Source of the DNA: Nanobdellati archaeon
GTDB taxonomy: Archaea; EX4484-52; GLR71
DNA: 12,688 nt
Direction of reading: 5' to 3'
Assembly (NCBI GenBank): GCA_019429125.1
Contig: JAHYJO010000025.1
Location: forward strand, 1 to 12,688
The position numbers were made by a program, and so were the translations under genes. Shown here piece after piece: positions 7,633 to 12,688 of this stretch. The notes below the pieces were generated by a model, which was not told the DNA's origin, did not search any database, and was given only the letters and a program-made list of their open reading frames with translations. Position 1 is the stretch's first letter. Every line of letters starts with the position of its first letter.

Positions 7633-8073
7633 CTACTTATGATAGTTCGTACCCTTAATTATAGAAAACCCGCGATACACCTGCTCAAGTAGCATAATTC
7701 TCGCAAGCTGATGATTGAAAGTCATAGGCGAAAAAGATATCAATTTATCAGCACGCTTCTTAATTCTATCCCCGAAACCGTAAGCTCCACCGATAACAAA
7801 AACAATATCATCATTTTTTTTCAGTTCATCTGCAAACTTAAATGAATCCATGCTAGCACCTAAAACATCTAAAGCATATACTTTCTGACCATCTTTAATC
7901 CTGCCACAGATTATTATATCCTCTTTCTCAATTATCTCCGCAGGAGTTCTGGACTTGTCTTCCTTAAGTTCAACAAGCTCAAATTTAGAAAAACGCTGTA
8001 TCCTCTTAATAAAATCGATTTCATAGTCTTTTAGTACAGGATTATTTTTGCCTACTGCAATAATCTTTATCAT
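7633..8073 (-). CDS. rlmH: 23S rRNA (pseudouridine1915-N3)-methyltransferase RlmH (SPOUT)
   Basis: IIAVGK, FVIGGAYG, SFSPMTFNHQLARIMLLEQVYRG and terminal YHK, all typical of RlmH. Confidence 0.94.
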   Translation of the reverse strand: MIKIIAVGKNNPVLKDYEIDFIKRIQRFSKFELVELKEDKSRTPAEIIEKEDIIICGRIKDGQKVYALDVLGASMDSFKFADELKKNDDIVFVIGGAYGFGDRIKKRADKLISFSPMTFNHQLARIMLLEQVYRGFSIIKGTNYHK

Positions 8074-8156
8074 GATAACAAATTATACACAAAAATATTA
8101 AAAGACAATCAAAAAACACTGAAAACATTAATAAAATAAATCAATATATCATTAGT

Positions 8157-8574
8157 ATGAACAAAACATCAATATTAAGATCTAATGATTTTATGAACTT
8201 AAAAAATAGAGAACATTACATCTCAGACATAAACCCAAACGAAATCCTACAAAAGATAACAATAGGTAAAACATATCATAAATGGGTATATCTAATGATA
8301 CAGGAACTTGAAAAAAAACGGATACACTACATCCGACAATATAAACGGTAACACCCCTTTTAAAATCTCTTTCTCAAAAAAAACATTATTTGAAAAACAA
8401 AAAGAAAACCCAATAAATTATATATCTGTCCGTTACAGCCAAGAAAATCGTCCATTAAACCAAGTTGAAATATACTCAAATCACATAAAAATATATATTA
8501 ATAATGATACTAATAACAAAAGCCTAACCATACAAGAAGCAACAAATAAGATACTCAGAATAATAAAACAATGA
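8157..8574 (+). pseudogene. Orphan hypothetical protein split by a +1 frameshift in an A8 run (8311-8318)
   Basis: Overlapping ORFs 8157-8351 and 8308-8574 fuse into one 138-aa frame (...QELEK-NGYTTSD...) if one A is removed. Confidence 0.55.
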
Positions 8575-8579
8575 TAAAA

Positions 8580-8653
8580 TGGGGCTGCCCGGATTTGAAC
8601 CGGGGTCATAAGCTCCCAAAGCTCACAGGATGACCAAGCTACCCCACAGCCCC
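8580..8653 (-). tRNA. tRNA-Pro(UGG), intronless, CCA not encoded
   Basis: GGGGCTGTGGGGTAGCTTGGTCATCCTGTGAGCTTTGGGAGCTTATGACCCCGGTTCAAATCCGGGCAGCCCCA: 7-bp acceptor stem, anticodon stem TGAGC/GCTTA around TT-TGG-GA, T-loop TTCAAAT. Confidence 0.97.
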
Positions 8654-8730
8654 ATATATTAGATTTCATCATTTACTAAAAAAACTTTATATATCTTAGC
8701 AAAAGATAACATTAAAAACACAACCAAAAC

Positions 8731-8744
8731 AAAACCTTTATATA
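8731..8744 (+). promoter_or_regulatory. BRE/TATA promoter of iscS (probably a leaderless transcript)
   Basis: AAAACC-TTTATATA ends about 23 nt before ATG 8767, and there is no Shine-Dalgarno. Confidence 0.6.
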
Positions 8745-8766
8745 TATAACAGTGTTATATATTATC

Positions 8767-9951
8767 ATGACTGATAAAAATGCAACACCAAAAATAATAT
8801 ACTTAGACAACAGTGCAACCACACAAGTACACCCCCTAGTAAAAGATGCAATCATCCCCTATTTAGAAAACCTATACGGCAACCCCTCAAGCTTACACAC
8901 AAAAGGACAGGAAGCAAAAAGAGCAATTGAAACAGCACGAAAACAGGTTGCAACCCTCATAGGCGCAACACCAAACGAAATCACATTCACAGGTTCAGGA
9001 ACTGAAAGCAACAATCTCGCACTTAAAGGCATAGTCTCAAAAAACAAAAACAGAGGAAATCATATAATTACCACAAAAATAGAGCATAAATCCATCCTGA
9101 ACAGTGCAAAATGGCTTGAAACAGAAGGTTTTAAAGTAACATACTTAAACGTTGACAAAAACGGCACAGTTGACATTGAACAACTAAAAAAAGAGATACG
9201 ACCCGAAACAATTCTTGTATCTGTGATGTTTGCAAACAACGAAGTGGGAACAATACAGCCGATAAAAGAGATTGGTGAATTCCTGAAAGACAAAGACATC
9301 TATTTCCATACAGATGCAGTACAAGCCGTAGGAAAAATCCCAATAAACACAGAAGAACTAAATATTGACATCTTAACAATAAGCAGCCACAAGATACACG
9401 GTCCAAAAGGTGTAGGCGCACTCTACATAAGAAACGGAACAAAGATCAACCCCATAATTCACGGAGGTGGTCAAGAAAAGGAACTCAGGTCAGGAACAGA
9501 AAATGTCCCAGGCATCGTAGGTCTTGGAAAAGCGGCAGAGATTGCAAAAGACACTCTTGAAAGTAACATAAAACACTTAAACATGCTCAGTAAAAAGCTT
9601 GAAAAAGGAATTTTCAAAAGCATACCAGAACTCATACTTAACGGTCACCCAGAAAACAGGATACCAGGAAATGTAAACATCTCTTTCAAATACGTAGAAG
9701 GAGAAAGTGTCATGCTCATGCTTGACTGTGAAGGAATCTGCGTATCAACAGGCTCAGCCTGCACATCAAAAAGTCTAAAACCTTCATACGTCCTTAACGC
9801 CATGGGCAAAGAGATTGTCTTCATGCACGGCTCAATAAGATTCTCTATAGGCACATTCAACACAGAAGAAGAAATAGACACAGTAATAAAAACACTTCCG
9901 ACAATTATAAAAAATCTAAGAGCCTTAAGTCCCATATATAACAAGAATTAA
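8767..9951 (+). CDS. iscS: Cysteine desulfurase IscS/NifS (group I)
   Basis: YLDNSATT, GNPSS, HTDAVQ, SSHKIHGPKG (PLP lysine), RSGTEN and STGSACTS (catalytic Cys). ATG 8767 preferred over GTG 8752. Confidence 0.96.
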   Translation: MTDKNATPKIIYLDNSATTQVHPLVKDAIIPYLENLYGNPSSLHTKGQEAKRAIETARKQVATLIGATPNEITFTGSGTESNNLALKGIVSKNKNRGNHIITTKIEHKSILNSAKWLETEGFKVTYLNVDKNGTVDIEQLKKEIRPETILVSVMFANNEVGTIQPIKEIGEFLKDKDIYFHTDAVQAVGKIPINTEELNIDILTISSHKIHGPKGVGALYIRNGTKINPIIHGGGQEKELRSGTENVPGIVGLGKAAEIAKDTLESNIKHLNMLSKKLEKGIFKSIPELILNGHPENRIPGNVNISFKYVEGESVMLMLDCEGICVSTGSACTSKSLKPSYVLNAMGKEIVFMHGSIRFSIGTFNTEEEIDTVIKTLPTIIKNLRALSPIYNKN

Positions 9952-9981
9952 TAAAAATTAATAAGACTAACAAGAATTAAT
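9939..9981. repeat. 14-bp direct repeat TAACAAGAATTAAT (9939-9952, 9968-9981) spanning the iscS stop
   Basis: Seen directly. Confidence 0.6.
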
Positions 9982-10008
9982 GACAAATAAAATTAGATGG
10001 TGATAATT

Positions 10009-10380
10009 ATGTATTCCAAAAAAGTCATGGAAAATTTCAAACACCCAAAAAACCAAGGTGAGATCAAAGACGCAGACGGTATAGGCGAAGTAGGCAACCC
10101 AGTCTGTGGTGACATAATGAGAATCACAATCAAAGTAAAAGATGACAAGATTGAAGATATAAAATTCAAGACATTCGGTTGCGCAGCCGCAATTGCTACA
10201 TCATCTATGATAACAGAGCTTGCCAAAGGAAAGACTCTTGACGAGGCAAAAAACATAACAAGAAAAGATGTCTCAGATTCGCTTGACGGTCTGCCACCTA
10301 TAAAAGAACACTGCTCAAATCTGGCATCTGAAGGCCTAAACAAAGCAATTGACGATTATCTGATGAAAAAGAAAGAATAA
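10009..10380 (+). CDS. iscU: Fe-S cluster scaffold IscU/NifU
   Basis: NPVCGD, FGCAAAIA and LPPIKEHC motifs (three Cys). ATG 10009 follows GGTGA. Confidence 0.96.
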   Translation: MYSKKVMENFKHPKNQGEIKDADGIGEVGNPVCGDIMRITIKVKDDKIEDIKFKTFGCAAAIATSSMITELAKGKTLDEAKNITRKDVSDSLDGLPPIKEHCSNLASEGLNKAIDDYLMKKKE

Positions 10381-10383
10381 ACA

Positions 10384-11193
10384 TCATACATCCTTCAAGA
10401 ATTTCTGCAGATAGACCTCACAGAGTCCTTTATACTTACCCCAATGATTCTTGGCAAATTGACGAATATATTTATCAGACAAATCCTCAGAAACCCCATA
10501 ATCATCCCTTATTATCTTCTTAATAAGCGAATCCACATAAAAAAAGTCATACTTGCGCCTCTGAAAAAGCATGAATATATCAATTGAATAAGGGCCTATA
10601 CCTTTGACACCTGACAACGTATAAGCATCATCAACAACATTTTTACCAGACATAAATTTAGCAATATTGACAATATAATCAGCCCGGTATCCTACCCCGC
10701 AATTTTTAAGAAGACTGGCATCAGCAAGTATATCACAAGGCTCAGGAAACACAACACCCGAACCATAAGCCTCAACTATTTTTGCAACCATACCCTTATA
10801 CTGCGCAAAACTAACATTCTGAGAACATATTATGGACACGAGTGCTTCAAAGTCAGTAAATGCAGACAAAAGCCGATTACCATAGATTTCATCACTGAAC
10901 CGGGAAAGCACCTTATCCTCAGAACAAATTGAATAAAGGTCTGAAATTTCTTCCATAGTGCCTAAACAATATGAAACTCGCTCTATAAGAACCTCAACCT
11001 CAGCTTGATTCAGCTCAGCCTCAAATCTAACAATAAGCTTTTGATTCTGCTGAAAAAACCTCATGGTGACTAACTTACCATTTACCCTAACCACCTTTTC
11101 AGCCTTATCATAAAAGAAGAAAAAGAATGGCTTGTGCCTAACTATGTTATCCAGATTGAAATCACAAGCCAAAGGAATGACAATCTCACCCAT
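10384..11193 (-). CDS. HhH-GPD DNA glycosylase (AlkA/Ogg1-like)
   Basis: FEALVSIICSQN, GVGYRADYI, HhH KGIGPYS, catalytic Asp in FYVD, and WGKYKG. Confidence 0.85.
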   Translation of the reverse strand: MGEIVIPLACDFNLDNIVRHKPFFFFFYDKAEKVVRVNGKLVTMRFFQQNQKLIVRFEAELNQAEVEVLIERVSYCLGTMEEISDLYSICSEDKVLSRFSDEIYGNRLLSAFTDFEALVSIICSQNVSFAQYKGMVAKIVEAYGSGVVFPEPCDILADASLLKNCGVGYRADYIVNIAKFMSGKNVVDDAYTLSGVKGIGPYSIDIFMLFQRRKYDFFYVDSLIKKIIRDDYGVSEDLSDKYIRQFAKNHWGKYKGLCEVYLQKFLKDV

Positions 11194-11253
11194 AAGATAA
11201 GACTACATGACAACTTATTTATAATAATCGAAAGAAATAATAGAAGATTAAAT

Positions 11254-12363
11254 ATGAAACTCACACAAACAATACTCTACATACTCCTAATGATATCAAT
11301 TATAACCACCCCAGTTAGTGCTGACAGTACTGACACTTGCACAATAGACAAAATTGACATACACTACTTTTACAGCACCGGCTGCTCCCATTGCGCAAAT
11401 GTAAAACCGCTCATAGACAAACTTGGAAATAAAGAACAATACCCCGATATAGAGATTCATATCCACGAGATCCACAACGAAGCTGATTACGAGCTTTTCG
11501 ATACTGCCTGTAGCCAATTCAACATAGACACAAAAGGAGTACCCTTAGTAATAATAGGTGACACATACTATCAAGGTGACACAGAAATCCTTGAAAAACT
11601 TGAAAATAGAATACTTGAAAACAGAACAGAAGACAAACATTGCAAACTATTATGCGAACAGATTAACACAGTAACAATCGGAAAAGAAAAACTAAAACTG
11701 ACCTGGCCACTGATATTAACAAGTGGTCTTATAGATGGAATAAACCCTTGCGCATTCGCAGTTCTAATATTTTTGGTAGCTGCACTCCTTGCAGTAGGAA
11801 ACAGAAAAAAAATGCTAAAGATTGGCATGGTTTACATAATCACAGTCTATATAACTTATTTCATTGCAGGTTTCGGACTTCTCTCAATAATTCAGTATGC
11901 CGGAATCACAAGAATAATCTTCACCATTGCCGCAACAATAGCAATCCTCTTCGGCCTGATAAACATAAAAGACTACTTCTGGTACGGTAAAGGTATAACA
12001 TTAAAGATTCCTGAAAACAAGAAAACAATAATCTCAAAGTATTCAAAGAAAGCAACAATACCCTCAGCCATAGTTTTAGGTTTCCTTGTATCTATGTTCG
12101 AACTACCATGCACAGGTGGCGTCTATTTCGTAATTATAGGACTTCTATCAAGCAACATGACACAAATTGCAGCAATACCATACCTTTTGGTCTACAATCT
12201 AGCATTCATCGCACCATTGATAGCAATCCTTGCACTGATATACACAGGCGCAGATCCAAAAACAATTGATAAATGGCGCCTTGACGAAAGAAGATGGATG
12301 AAACTTGCAATAGGATTATTAATGATTGGACTTGGCATATTAATGCTTGGTGGATACATCTAA
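11254..12363 (+). CDS. Thioredoxin/glutaredoxin-fold domain fused to a CcdA/DsbD-like transmembrane electron transporter
   Basis: Signal peptide (MKLTQ...PVSA), FYSTGCSHC, cis-Pro GVP, and a TM domain with DGINPCAF and ELPCTGG Cys motifs. ATG 11254 avoids overlap with the glycosylase gene. Confidence 0.88.
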   Translation: MKLTQTILYILLMISIITTPVSADSTDTCTIDKIDIHYFYSTGCSHCANVKPLIDKLGNKEQYPDIEIHIHEIHNEADYELFDTACSQFNIDTKGVPLVIIGDTYYQGDTEILEKLENRILENRTEDKHCKLLCEQINTVTIGKEKLKLTWPLILTSGLIDGINPCAFAVLIFLVAALLAVGNRKKMLKIGMVYIITVYITYFIAGFGLLSIIQYAGITRIIFTIAATIAILFGLINIKDYFWYGKGITLKIPENKKTIISKYSKKATIPSAIVLGFLVSMFELPCTGGVYFVIIGLLSSNMTQIAAIPYLLVYNLAFIAPLIAILALIYTGADPKTIDKWRLDERRWMKLAIGLLMIGLGILMLGGYI

Positions 12364-12496
12364 AACAAAAATAGTTCTAAATCCCCCCCTATAAATGCAC
12401 AAAACTAAAAATATTTATGTATAGTTAACACTCCAAAAAATAATCCAACATTTATTTTGCAGTATTTTCAAGACACATTAGCACACCTTCTTCAAT

Positions 12497-12688
12497 CTCA
12501 AGTTTTGGACTTCCCGGAAAAGACCGCAGAATTTGGGTACTACAGCCAATTTCCTAGTTATGAATTAAATTTAAAGAAGGTGATTCAATCTTAAGTTTTT
12601 TGAAAATATCTTCAGTTTCTTTACTATATTCTGTAATTATTTTTGTCTTTAAAGAACCCATATTAATTTCAGAAATTCTAACTCTTTT
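12497..12688 (-). mobile_element. Right end of an insertion sequence (IS1634-like), truncated by the window edge
   Basis: A transposase-like C-terminus is followed by a GC-richer end TGTAGTACCCAAA...GGGAAGTCCAAAACTTGAG. The terminal 9 bp are inverted relative to 211-219. The family call is from recall. Confidence 0.55.
12554..12688 (-). CDS. Partial CDS (3' end), probable DDE transposase C-terminus
   Basis: Open frame from the window edge: KRVRISEINMGSLKTKIITEYSKETEDIFKKLKIESPSLNLIHN*. The ITExSxExxxIFKKLxI pattern resembles IS1634/IS4-superfamily transposase tails. Confidence 0.55.
   Translation of the reverse strand, partial: KRVRISEINMGSLKTKIITEYSKETEDIFKKLKIESPSLNLIHN

Noticed and set aside
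7633-7650. rlmH 3' end resembling the SCCmec attB site in orfX
   Set aside because: The similarity follows from the conserved YHK codons. There is no inserted element, recombinase or repeat downstream.
959-11990. Numerous short antisense or overlapping ORFs in the track (e.g. 959-1186, 3804-4016, 5382-5858, 8481-8672, 9993-10343, 11748-11990)
   Set aside because: They are shadows of well-supported genes or of the tRNA and have no recognisable motifs.
5762-12556. TAG recoding (pyrrolysine or an alternative code), suggested by two TAGs in the cupin and 33 open codons after the TAG at 12554
   Set aside because: fttA (LRLK*) and rlmH (YHK*) end with TAG exactly at their conserved C-termini, no core gene has an internal TAG, and the cupin also needs a frameshift.
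1-12688. CRISPR array, DGR template/variable repeats, or tRNA-derived att duplication
   Set aside because: No regularly spaced repeats, no long near-identical repeat pair, and no second copy of the tRNA 3' end were seen.

Overview
AT-rich archaeal chromosomal segment, plausibly from a small-genome DPANN-type lineage (inference from gene content and divergence). It is mostly housekeeping: aCPSF1/FttA, proteasome beta subunit and Nob1 on the minus strand; histone, aIF5A and a family II pyrophosphatase; the rpoE'-spt4-rps24e-rps27ae operon (spt4 is missing from the ORF track); a bacterial-type RlmH; tRNA-Pro(UGG); iscS-iscU; an AlkA-like HhH-GPD glycosylase; and a thioredoxin-CcdA/DsbD fusion. 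Both edges look like insertion-sequence ends (tentatively IS1634-like, from recalled family features): a transposase-like C-terminus at the right, and a repeat-rich end with a possible transposase start at the left. Two accessory genes (a cupin and an orphan next to the tRNA) appear frame-disrupted while the core genes are intact. I found no clearly novel multi-gene system. The best leads are the IS-end architecture, a GC-rich structured leader/uORF before rpoE', a family II PPase in the family I PPase position with loss of the dephospho-CoA kinase gene, and the archaeal RlmH.
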